A DNA stretch of 64,000 nt from the NCBI GenBank assembly GCA_963777955.1, contig CAVZSQ010000022.1, positions 288,001 to 352,000 of the forward strand. Reading direction: 5' to 3'. Positions 14,157 through 24,824 of this stretch are shown here, one piece after another. Every line of letters begins with the position of its first letter. The first letter of the stretch is position 1. Under the pieces are notes generated by a model. It was not told the DNA's origin and ran no database searches. It saw nothing but the letters and a program-made list of their open reading frames with translations. This DNA is from Calditrichia bacterium. GTDB lineage: Bacteria; Calditrichota; Calditrichia; JAJRVZ01. A program made the translations under genes and the position numbers.

Positions 14157-15696
14157 ATGGAAAAAATAGAAAATTGCATCATCGTCATCTTTGGTGCTAC
14201 CGGGGATCTGACTAAACGAAAACTTATGCCAGCCCTGTTCAACCTGTTTCAAAACAAACTACTGCCGGATAATTTTGCCGTGCTGGGCATTGGTCAGACC
14301 GCCCACACTGACGAATCATTCCGTGATAAAATGACGGAAAGTATCAATCCCTTTCTCAAAAGCAATCAGGTGGAAAAAGGTGATCTTACTGATTTCTTAA
14401 AACATCTTTACTACCAGAGTATGGATAGCACAGCAATGGCTAGTTATCCACTATTAAAACAGCGTCTGGTACAAATCGATCAACAGGTACAGGCCAATGG
14501 CAATTATATTTACTACCTGGCTACCTTTCCAAATCACTTCGAAATCATCGCCCGCCATTTGGGTCAACAGGGCTTGCAAAAACAGGGTAAAGGTTTTGGC
14601 TGGAAACGCATTGTATTTGAAAAACCGTTTGGTTACGATCTGTCTTCTGCTCAAATCCTGAACCGGCAGATCCAGCGTATATTCCATGAAGAACATATTT
14701 ACCGCATCGATCACTATTTAGGCAAAGAGACTGTACAGAATATACTGGCTTTTCGTTTCGCCAACGGGATTTTTGAGCCGTTGTGGAACCGGAATTATAT
14801 CCACCATGTGGAATTGACCGCTGCCGAAGATATCGGCGTGGAAAATCGCGGTCGTTACTACGATAATGCCGGAGCACTTGCGTGATATGGTGCAAAACCA
14901 CCTGCTGCAACTAATGGCCACTATTGCCATGGAACCGCCGGCTAAATTTGAGGCTACCACCATTCGCAATGAAAAGGTAAAGGTCTTCCAATCCCTTTGT
15001 CCGATCCATCCGGATGATGTGGCCAAACGTGTGATCCGTGGCCAGTATCTCGCCTCGACCATCCGCGGAGCAAAAGTAAATGGTTATCGCGATGAAAATA
15101 ACGTCTCTGCTGAGTCCAAGACCGAAACCTTTGTGGCTATGAAGTTTGGTATCGACAACTGGCGCTGGGGTGGCGTGCCCTTTTATATTCGCACGGGCAA
15201 ACGTCTGCCCACCCGGGTAACGGAGATTGTGATCCATTTCAAAAAAACTCCCCATTATCTGTTTACCCGTGAATTGATGGTGGATATTCCGGCCAACCAG
15301 TTGATTCTGCGCATCCAGCCCGATGAGGGTATTCTTTTAAAATTCGGAATGAAAATGCCGGGCGCCGGTTTTCAGATCAAAACGGTCAATATGGATTTTC
15401 ATTATTCCGATCTGGGCAATAATACCCCCCTGCCCGATGCGTACCAGAGATTATTGCTGGATTGTATTCTTGGTGACCCGCTGCTCTATGCCCGCGGCGA
15501 TGCGGTCGAAGCCTGCTGGTCGTTCTTAATGCCGGTATTGCAGGCCTGGCAGAATAATCCGGATATCAAACTTTACGGTTATCCGGCCGGCACCTGGGGA
15601 CCAATTGAAGCCAATACATTATTTAGCGAACCGGGAGTAGAATGGCGGTATCCCTGTAAAAACCTGGCCCAGGATGGAGAATACTGCGAATTATGA
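14157..15696 (+). CDS. zwf: Glucose-6-phosphate 1-dehydrogenase; one frameshift near 14880
   Basis: GATGDL, EKPFG and RIDHYLGKE in the first ORF; RDMVQNHLLQ and PFYIRTGKRL in the second. Confidence 0.96.
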
Positions 15697-16431
15697 AGCC
15701 CCAGATAAAAATTTTTCATAACGATATCGAAATGGCCGATAAATTAGCCAATGAACTTCAGGGGGCCATGGAGCAGATTAAAAAGCAAACAACAGTACTT
15801 TTATCTGGCGCTATCAGGAGGCAATACACCGATTACATTCTATAAACGGTTGGCCCAGGTCCCTTACCAGACAGCAGGTTGCCTGGAGTTGTCTGCATCT
15901 TTTCTGGGTGGATGAACGCTGCGTGCCGGCGGATCATCCGCAGAGCAATTATGGCCTGGCCCGCTATAACCTGCTGGCACATGTGAATGTACCCGAAAAA
16001 AATATTCACCGCTTGCGCGGCGAAGCAGATCCGGCAACGGAGGCAAGCAGATATGCCGGGGAAATAAAAAATACGCTCCCTGCAACCGGTCATGCGCTGG
16101 CCACGGTTCGATTGGATACTGCTGGGATTAGGCAGCGATGGCCATACCGCCTCACTTTTTCCGGGTTCACCTGTATTAAAGGAAAAAAATGCTCTTTGCG
16201 CGGTGGCAGTTCAGCCGGACAGCGATCAACAACGGATCACTTTTACCCTGCCGCTGATCAATCATGCCCGGCGCATTACATTTTTAGTGACCGGGGAAAG
16301 CAAAGCCGGCTATGGTGGCCGGTATCTTAAAGCGGACCACAGCATGCCGGCAATTACCGGCAGCTCAGGTGCAGCCTGAGCACGGGTTTGTAGAATGGTA
16401 TCTGGATTCAATGGCCGCGGCGATGATTTGA
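15693..16431 (+). CDS. pgl: 6-phosphogluconolactonase; several indels
   Basis: ATG overlaps the zwf stop (ATGA). Motifs across frames: LALSGGNTP, DERCVP, FDWILLGLGSDGHTASLFPG, RITFTLPLIN, WYLD. Confidence 0.9.
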
Positions 16432-16467
16432 TCGATTTTCTGGGATATTCTACTACAACAATAAATT

Positions 16468-16552
16468 GTCACGCAGGGACAAATGAAAATAGCCCACCAA
16501 TTTATTGGTGGGAAAGGTGAAATATAGAAATCATTCCGTCCTGTAGGGACGG
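16468..16552. repeat. Two-hairpin REP-like module 3' of tnpA, inverted relative to the main array
   Basis: GTCACGCAGGGAC-aaatgaaaatag-CCCACCAATTTATTGGTGGG-~23 nt-CCGTCCTGTAGGGACGG. Confidence 0.9.
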
Positions 16553-16562
16553 TCGAAACATT

Positions 16563-17015
16563 TTATCCCCATATATACCTTTCATCATATTCAATGTTGT
16601 GTTTTTTTAAAAATGCAATGTATTCCTCCTTAAATGACATTGTTCTATGATGTTTATTCTGCGTATTTATGTAAGAAATTGTATTTGCCAGATGAGACAC
16701 ACTTATACTAAAAGCGCCATATCCTTCCTGCCAGTTAAAATCTTTAAAATTTGGATATGTCTCATGAACCCATTTTGAAGCGCCGCCTTTGATTAATTGA
16801 ATGGCTTTCGCAACGGAAAGGGTTGTGGGCATTGATAGCAGAAGATGGACATGGTCTTCGACTCCACCGATGGCCAGTGCTTTCATATTGTTTTCGCGAG
16901 CGATTCCACCCATGTATGCCCATAATCGCTCCTGCAAATCAGATGAAATTATTTTTTTATGATATTTTGTACTGAAAATGTAATGGATTACAATATTGGT
17001 ATATGTATTGGCCAT
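16563..17015 (-). mobile_element. tnpA: IS200/IS605-family Y1 HUH transposase TnpA, with no tnpB
   Basis: 150 aa, intact. HYIFSTK, HUH motif DHVH, IKGGASKW, WQEGYGAFS and catalytic YINTQ (YxxxQ) followed by HH. Confidence 0.93.
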
Positions 17016-17051
17016 ATGTTTGCTCTATTATTATTACATTTTACATTCATG

Positions 17052-17650
17052 CGTCCCTATGGGACTGTAAATATAAGGCAATATTCGTGCCTAATTACCC
17101 ACCAATAAATTGGTGGGCTATTATCAACAATCCCCTGCGGGATTGCGGGATTGAATGCATTATTTCGTTCCCACCAATGAATTGGCGGGCTATTATTCAA
17201 CAATCCCTACGGGATTGGGGGGGGATGCATCATTTCGTTCCCACCAATAAATTGGTGGGCTATTTTCAGCAATCCCTGCGGGATTGGGGGGTGGTGAATG
17301 CATAATTTCGTTCCCACCAATAAATTGGTGGGCTATTTTCAACCATCCCTACGGGATTGCGGGGTTGAATGCATAATTTCGTTCCCACCAATAAATTGGT
17401 GGGCTATCTGTCGGCAATCCCTACGGGATTGGGGGGGTGAATGCATAATTTCATTCCCACCAATAAATTGGTGGGCTATTATCAACAATCCCTGCGGGAT
17501 TGCGGGATTGAATGCATTATTTCGTTCCCACCAATAAATTGGTGGGCTATTTTCAACAATCCCTACGGGATTGGGGCGAATGCATTATTTCGTTCCCACC
17601 AATAAATTGGTGGGCTATTATCATTGAATCCCTATGGGATTCAATGATTG
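17052..17650. repeat. Tandem array of 8 units (~71 bp), each a 20-bp palindrome plus a short hairpin
   Basis: CCCACCAATAAATTGGTGGG at about 17098, 17170 (variant), 17240, 17313, 17384, 17456, 17527 and 17595. Each is followed by CTAT..ATCCCT(A/G)CGGGATT and, except the last, a G-rich linker and ATGCAT.ATTTC(G/A)TT. Confidence 0.95.
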
Positions 17651-17700
17651 AAATCAAATCCGGAGTCAATTTTAAAAATAATTTTAAGTAATAATAGAAC

Positions 17701-17915
17701 CGTTCTGCGGGGTAGATGAGAGTAGCCTATCAATTTATTGATCGGGAACAGGAAATTAAAAAATTGTTCCGCTGGGACGGATGAGAATGGCCAATCAATT
17801 TATTGGTGGGGAACAGGAAATGAAAAATTGTCCCGCAGGGACGGATGAAAATAGCCCGCCAATTTATTGGCGGGGAAATGTAGAATAACAAAACGATTCC
17901 GTCCCGTAGGGACGG
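17701..17915. repeat. Three inverted, progressively degenerate units (~64-bp period) of the same module
   Basis: Stems at about 17726-17746, 17791-17810 and 17855-17874 (CCCGCCAATTTATTGGCGGG), ending in CCGTCCCGTAGGGACGG. Confidence 0.88.
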
Positions 17916-17933
17916 TTGAGAGAAAATATAGGG

Positions 17934-20900
17934 TTATTTAATCACCACCATTTTCCGTGTCTGCGTCTCTTGCTCCTTTCGTACCATCACCTGCAGCAAA
18001 CTGAATTCGATATATATAAATCCCGCTGGCCAGATCACCGGCATTGAATTCAACCTTGTAAGTCCCGGCCGGTTGAGTATTGCTGATTCACCAGTTCGCG
18101 CACCTGCTGACCCAATATATTGTAAACAACCAGATTTACTCTTCCTGCTCTGGGCAGGAGATATTCAATTCGCGTAACGGCATTAAAAGGATTGGGATAA
18201 TTTTGCTTCAGCACAAAATGATCCGGTAAGGGAGGCTCCGGATTGGAAACCGTATCGGTGGTGCGATTGGCACGCCCCGGTGATCCGCCGTACAGTACCG
18301 AGTGGCCCCAATTTTTGGGATTGTTATGATTTTCAGTGGGATCGATCAGTTCCAGACTATAACCGTCTCCGTTAGTTTTATCCGGCCAGGGTGCTGTGCT
18401 GCTGTAGGCTACACTGTCTACCACATTCCCAACAGAAGTGAACAAGCGGACTTGATCCATATCCCCAAAACCAAAAGATATCTCGCCGGCATAATTGTTC
18501 ACTCCGGGATAGACCTGGTGAAAACTGGCGCTGTCGGCACAAAGCACCAAAAATCCTCTGGCCGGGATGATCGTTCCTGCCTGGATTTGAAATACATGAG
18601 CATCATTGTTGTCTTTGAGCAGCCAATTAGAAATATCCTGTTCTATGGGTTGTGGATTGTATAATTCAATCCAGTCTTTGGAATCCAGATCGGCCGGCGC
18701 ATTGTGCATGATCTCGTTGATCACCACCGCACCGGCATTAATCACGCTGGAGTCCGCCCGGCCCATGTTGGTGCCGCGCAGGCCCATTTGAATTCCCGGA
18801 GAACCGGGCGACAGATAATAATAATCATCAAACTGGGGCACCCCGGTGATGCAATTTGCGGAAGTATCGTAATCCGCATCATTGGTCATTGAGTACGAAA
18901 TCTCCAGCGCTCCGGGTAATGGTGCCTGGGTAGTAAGCAGATAATTCCAGATGTTATCGTCGTTATTATAAAGTATGGTATTCGTGACATTCATATAGCA
19001 GCGGTAACTGTTGGTGTAACTGTCGCCGATACGCAGGCCGACATTATTCCCGACCGCAACACAGTGATCGATGAGTACGATCGGTCCCTGGCTGATTCCG
19101 GATTCGGTCCAGCCGGCCTCGAAGCCCTGATCGTTGTTCAGAGCCACTGTATTGAAAATTTTGACAGTATCCTGTCCGGAAGCGGCCACCCCTTCGTGAA
19201 TGAAATCTTCCAGCCAGCAGTTGGAAATGCGCAGCCGCGAGCCGTGATGATCGATGGCATCATCCTTACCGGTAACAAAATAACAGCGGTCGATGACGGA
19301 ATATTGCGGATATTGCGGACTGACATAATCGATATGAAAACCATCGGTATCGATATCCTCGGTAAAAATATGATCGTCGTTGGGCAAGTTGAGCAGGTGA
19401 CTGTTCTGACAAAACAACAGCGAGCGATGGAATTCACCGCCGTGCCAGACAAACGCCGTCACCGAATTGGTCACGGTCACTTTACTATCCTGTGCACCAA
19501 ATACTTTTCCGGGGGAATACATGAAGAAACAATTATCAAATGAGAATTCCGAATTCTCCTGGCCAAAAAAGATATGCTGGTGTCCGGTATGCCAGTCTTC
19601 GGAGGTGGGATGCCCCTGGGACATGTCTCCGCCGCCATTCAGCACGAAACAGTATTTAAAGTCAGCAATGCCGTTCTGAAATTCCATTCCGCCCCACGGC
19701 TCGGACCAGTTATCTGAAGTGATAACCACCGGTTCGTCTGCAGTACCTTCCACCGTAATCCGGCCCTGTACATAAAAATTAACATATTTTTGTACAATGA
19801 CCCAGGTGCCGGGCTTGACGATCAGGTTACAACCGGCAGGAATGGTGAGATGCCCGGTAATCAACCGGTCAGCACTGTCATCCCAGATTATATCACCGCT
19901 TGAGAGTTCACCGGAGTAACTGATAACCGGTACGGCTGAGACAGCAATTTCCTTTTGGATGACCGGAACATTGGCATTTTGAGCGGAGAGGATAAAAGTG
20001 GAATTTGAACTGTTGATCTGTACTACTCCTGTTCCTGCGCCGCGTTTGATTTGAAGACTGCTATCGCTGCGCACCCCTCCGAAACCGATCTGCATGGGTG
20101 TTTGCTCGATAGGATTGATCTGCCAGTTCATATCGCGCACGCGAACCACCACCGGTAAATACTGTCCGGATTTAATACGGGCATGGTGCAATCAGTTCGG
20201 CATTGATTTCTCCCAGCTGGGTAAATACGGCTGATAAGGATCTGTCACTGTTTAAATCCAGAGTAATGGTTTCTTCGGCAGGTAATAGAGGATCCGACCA
20301 GCCGGTGAAACGGTAACCGGGATCGGGAATGGCTGTAATGGTAACCGGAATATTCTGAAAGTATGTGCCGGACCATGGATATTGATCAGCGACTATACTA
20401 TTAATTTTAATTTTTCCGGTTCCTCCGGTAATATCAACGGTCAATCCGGCCTGGCCGGCAAGTTGGAAATAATTCTGAATTTGCTGACGGACAATAGCCG
20501 GCCGCTGTTGGGCAAAACTTCGCAGCAGCTCGACATTCTCTTCCCATTTGGTCACCGTGTTATTCCATTTATCGACTTCTGCCGGAATATCCGCTGCGAT
20601 ATTCATGAGCCAGTGAATCGATGATCGCCTCCATATTTTCGGAACTGAAGCGTGGTATTAAATAAATCGGCCAGGCGATTGATAAAGCGGATCTTGAATG
20701 ATTGATTCTGCAGCATTTTTTTGGTGATCATGTTATCGAAAGAAATCCCCAGGGGATTGTATTGATTGGTGAATCCGTTCCAGTTTACATTGCTGTAAGA
20801 GCGGTCGGCATCCCAGATAGTCCATTCCCATACAGCCCCGGCAAGTTTATTCCTGAACATGAAGGTACCGTACGCCCAGCCCTGAAATTCGACGGCATGC

Positions 20901-22378
20901 ATCAGGGCCTGTAAGGTTATAAAATTATCCAGATCCATATACTGCGCAGCTTCGTTGATTTTGGCATCACTGCTGAAGGTATTGTTCTGAAAGAAGCTGA
21001 TTAACTCCTCCCATTCATCTTTCACTCCATAGACCAGTTGAGTCGAATCCCAGCGCGTGCGCACCAGGTCAATATCGCCGTAACCCAGGTGATCCATCAC
21101 GAAGTTTTCATCGATACTCTGTTTGATATCGTAAATACCGTGAAAGCCGTCATTAAGGTACATAACAGCAAAACTGCTTTGTGCGGTGAGATAACCTGTC
21201 TGGCGCCACAACTCGGTTACCAGCGGATCGCGCAGCAGGGTGGCCTGGTCATTTTTTCCAGAAACGGTCGGTTCCATGCTGTCATCATAACCGGAACGCA
21301 AAACCAGGCGGTCGAAGACTTGTATGGAATCACGTGGAAAAAGATTATAATTCAAATGAGCCCGGCCGAAGCCTTCACGGAAATATGCCCGGAAAGATTT
21401 TTTATCATATTCGGTCGGACCGGTGTTGCCCTGGATGCGGATACCGCAGGGCATATAAAACTGCAGATCCTGATCTTTAAAGTATTCCAGTTCAGCGAAG
21501 CGTTCCCAGGCCCGGCCGTCGTAGTCATGGACATATATACCTGTTTCCGGATCGTATAAATTATCAGGATCGGTCATTAAAGCCAGCACCGGCAATTCAT
21601 GAGCGGTATCGATAAAGAAGGCTTGACTGGCAATCTGGCTGGGCAGGGCCGCGGGATTAATCGTGCGTGCTTTGAGGATTACGGTTTGGCTGACCGGGAT
21701 GGCCTGACTGTACAGGGCAGAATTTTCGTCGGGATCCTCGCCGTCAAGCGTGTACCTGATTTGATCTCCAACCTGGGCGGGTTGCATGGTGATATTTAAA
21801 CCGGATGTATAAAAACCTGCATCCTGCTCTATGACCGGAGAGAAGGTGAAATTAGTGTAACCGTTGTTATTAGCCTCAGCGGGTGTAATTTCGGTTTGAT
21901 AATACCAGGAACCGCTACCGTCGGGATAACGGGCATAAGAGATATCGCGGAATTGATCCTGGTAGGAAATACCGTCGATAATGGTAACGCCGTCAGCATT
22001 CAGCAAAAAAATCTGTTCGCTGTCTTTATCCAGTTTAAAACCGAGATGATCGGCGCCGAGTTCGGGTTTATTATCGGCGCAGAAAACCAGAAAACCGTTG
22101 GCCGGCACGGTTGTTTTAGCCGGTTGACCGGTTGGTATTTGCCAGTAAGTTGCGGCCTGCAGATCATCGGTCATATAATAACCGGCCAGGTCCACGGGAG
22201 AATCGCCGGAGTTATAAATTTCAATCCAGTCTTCATAATCACCATTCGCGTTTTCATGGGAAAGAACGTTGGAGACCATGAATTCGTTGATGAACAGGTT
22301 GGAAGTATCTTGGGAATTAGCAGTAGCAATTAAACCGGATAAAAATATCAATGATAATGAAAGAAGTGATTTAATCAT
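17934..22378 (-). CDS. Large secreted protein: lamin-tail, chitobiase/Fn3-like, CotH kinase, beta-helix-like and second lamin-tail domains with a C-terminal sorting domain; split by about 3 indels
   Basis: ORFs 20603..22378 (INEFM, DWIEIYN, RYTLDG, GIRIQGN, WDAD), 20172..20606 and 18050..20191 (INEIMHN, LKQNYPNPFN). The final frame reads TQTRKMVVIK* ending at 17934. Confidence 0.85.
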
Positions 22379-22602
22379 ATTTTCATGCCTATGAAATTCT
22401 GAATCAATTGCTCAATCTTAATGAATTAAATTAAGCGTACCTCGTCTGGTACTGAAATCGATTACTAAAGGTGTCTTAATTAAAAGATAATGTTAAAACA
22501 GGGGAAATACTACTGTTTTTATAAATTAATATTTGATTTTCTTATTATGTGAACTATTTATACAATAATGAATGTAAATCTGACTTATCGCAGCAGGTAT
22601 GT

Positions 22603-22688
22603 GTAGGGACAATCCTAGGATTGTCCCTACTTCACATTTTTTTCAGTTATTGTTTATTCAGTAGGGACAGGTCGCGACCTGTCCCTAC
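22603..22688. repeat. Pair of perfect 28-bp GTAG-type REP palindromes
   Basis: GTAGGGACAATCCTAGGATTGTCCCTAC (22603-22630) and GTAGGGACAGGTCGCGACCTGTCCCTAC (22661-22688). Confidence 0.88.
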
Positions 22689-22727
22689 ACACCAATTATT
22701 GTGTCTGGCTCCAGGGATGATAATATT

Positions 22728-23486
22728 TTATCGAAGACCCCCGTTACTGTAGAGTCAGCTGACCGTTAATCCAGCCGCCTTCTTTGGAACTACAAAAATC
22801 TGACCAGGTTGGCACAATCCTGCGGCATACCGACACGCCCGGACAGGGTTCTTTGCTTGACTGCGGCCATGAGTTCCCTCTGACATCCAGCCGGTGTCGG
22901 TTGCACCGGGATTGATGACATTCGCGGTAATGCCTTTTGTTCTGAACTCACGGGCCGCTGCCAGTACAATACGATCCATGGCGCCCTTGCTGGCGCCATA
23001 AGGCAGATTACCGGCGGTATGATCGCTGGTGATGGCGATGATCCGCCCGGTTCCGGGTTCACTGCTAAACCGCCGGCCAAACTCCTTAACCAGCAGCCAG
23101 GTAGCCCGGGCATTTACCGCAAAGTGCAAATCAAAACTTTCGACACTGGTACTTAGAATGTCGGAATCGACTGAGTGGCAATGTGACATGACCAGAGCGC
23201 TGATTGCACCTAGATCGTATTCTGCGGAATCAAATATTCTTGCAGGCGACTCGATCAGTGACAGGTCAGTTTCTATGGCAGTGGTTTTAGCACCAAAACT
23301 TTTTAATTTTGCCTGTAGTAAAGTAATTTCTTCCGCGTTGCTGCCCCAGGGCATGGCAGCATCGTAAGGACGCCAGTAAGTAAGACCAACATTCCAGCCG
23401 GATTCGGCCAGTGCTGCTGCAATAGAAGCACCGATTCCTATGGCGCGACTGGCACCGGTTACCAGAGCTACGGGACGTTGTGGCAT
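22728..23486 (-). CDS. Short-chain dehydrogenase/reductase (3-oxoacyl-ACP reductase-like); indels near the 3' end
   Basis: ALVTGASRAIGIG, YGASK, NVINPGATDTGWM. Alternate frames give GRVGMPQDCANLVRFL and GGWINGQ..SNGGLR*. Confidence 0.9.
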
Positions 23487-23552
23487 AAACTATAACTCCA
23501 TTTTTAGGGATAAATTACTTCGGGGATATCGTTTTGGAAAGCTTTAATTATT

Positions 23553-23765
23553 AAGGGGAAAGGGTAATGGGTAAGGGATAAAGGTTAAAGGCCAAAGGCA
23601 AAGATTTTCTTTATTCATTATCCTTTTGCCTTCGGCCTTAATAAAGATTCCCGCCTATGCTACAATCAAGCAAGGCATACGATCGGCGGGAATGACACTT
23701 TGTCTCTATGTCCTTAGTCTCTCTTTACTAAGTGCCTTTAGTGCCTCAGTGCCTTAATCTTTAAT
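23553..23765. repeat. Composite intergenic repeat island: 7-8-nt periodic tracts plus an ATTCCCGCC..GGCGGGAATGAC hairpin
   Basis: AAGGGGA-AAGGGTA-ATGGGTA-type tract; GATTCCCGCC at 23646 pairs with GGCGGGAAT at 23685; GTGCCT(T/C) repeated three times near 23732. Confidence 0.65.
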
Positions 23766-23766
23766 C

Positions 23767-24636
23767 TTACTCAGCCAGCGCCGCCCACAACTTCCAGGCT
23801 GCGTAGGCTTTGCGGTTGGCATTTAACGGCTGGCTATGTGCCGAACTGCAATTGTACCAGTCCACCCCTGCGGTATGCATAGTCTGCCAGGCGATGGCCC
23901 AGTTGGTGTCAAGTGAACCGTTGGCATCGCTGTCATAATCACAGTTGTCGTTGGCAGCAAGCAACATATAATTTGTGTTTCCATCCGGATCGTAAGACTC
24001 AATATCGGCAAAATCGTACAGTATTTTCCCGTTGTCCTGGCAATAGGCTCTGATCTGGTTGTTGCGCTGATTCAAATTCCCTTCTTCTCCGCTGCCGTCC
24101 AGGTGCCCGGTCATGTACACAAATTTGACATTGGAATAATCCTGCTCCAATCCGTTCATCAGGGCGAGATAGTTATTTATATCGGTTTCGCTGGCGGAAC
24201 TGACCTGGCCACACCACGACCAGATGACCACGTTGATATCGGTATGACTATTCAGATAATTCCGGGTAGCGGCAGCCCAGGCGGTACGGTCGGGATTACC
24301 CAGATCAGCGGCGCCTGAAAAGGGACTGTCGCGCAAATCGAGCGCGCCGTTGGTACCGCCGTTATTGAAAGCGTAAAGATCTCCCTTCCACTCATATAAT
24401 CCCGCCATACCGGTTGTAAGTTGACTGCCATGGGAAGTGTGTCCGTAGGCGATATGTAATTTACTTTTTGCCTGCTCAATGGCAGCTGACGTAAGCAGGG
24501 TCAGACTGGCGGATGAATGGCCGATGATTCCGGTTTGGACTGTAGGTACGGGTTCGGTACTGTTTTCACAGGAATTTAGCAGCAAGATCAAAATAATTAT
24601 CAATGAAAAATTTTGCATTAAGGTAAGAGTTTTCAT
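23767..24636 (-). CDS. Conserved hypothetical lipoprotein, possibly SGNH-like fold
   Basis: GGAGG RBS, lipobox LLNSC, motifs YGHTSHGSQ, WSWCGQ, YMTGH, LYDFADIESYDPDG and SAHSQPLN. Confidence 0.8.
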   Translation of the reverse strand: MKTLTLMQNFSLIIILILLLNSCENSTEPVPTVQTGIIGHSSASLTLLTSAAIEQAKSKLHIAYGHTSHGSQLTTGMAGLYEWKGDLYAFNNGGTNGALDLRDSPFSGAADLGNPDRTAWAAATRNYLNSHTDINVVIWSWCGQVSSASETDINNYLALMNGLEQDYSNVKFVYMTGHLDGSGEEGNLNQRNNQIRAYCQDNGKILYDFADIESYDPDGNTNYMLLAANDNCDYDSDANGSLDTNWAIAWQTMHTAGVDWYNCSSAHSQPLNANRKAYAAWKLWAALAE

Positions 24637-24824
24637 GATCGAAATCCTCCTCCTGGTTAATCTATTGTAATATTCGAGTAGAATGAGGAATTCTTTATTC
24701 TTTAATTAATAATGGTTTGCAGGTAATAAGTATAAAAGGGGTAAAATACTATTTATTTTGAGGAACTGAATAATTGTTCAACTAGGCAACCTAACTCTTT
24801 TTGTTTACTATAACGGCATAAATT

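Noticed and set aside
17003..17537. ORFs 17003..17305 and 17298..17537
   Set aside because: They are translations of the DNA repeat (PPINWWA units) that change frame between units; no independent coding evidence.
17098..17650. CRISPR array
   Set aside because: The sequence between the palindromes is conserved (second hairpin and ATGCAT..TTTCGTT) rather than unique spacers, there are no cas genes in the window, and inverted copies flank a tnpA.
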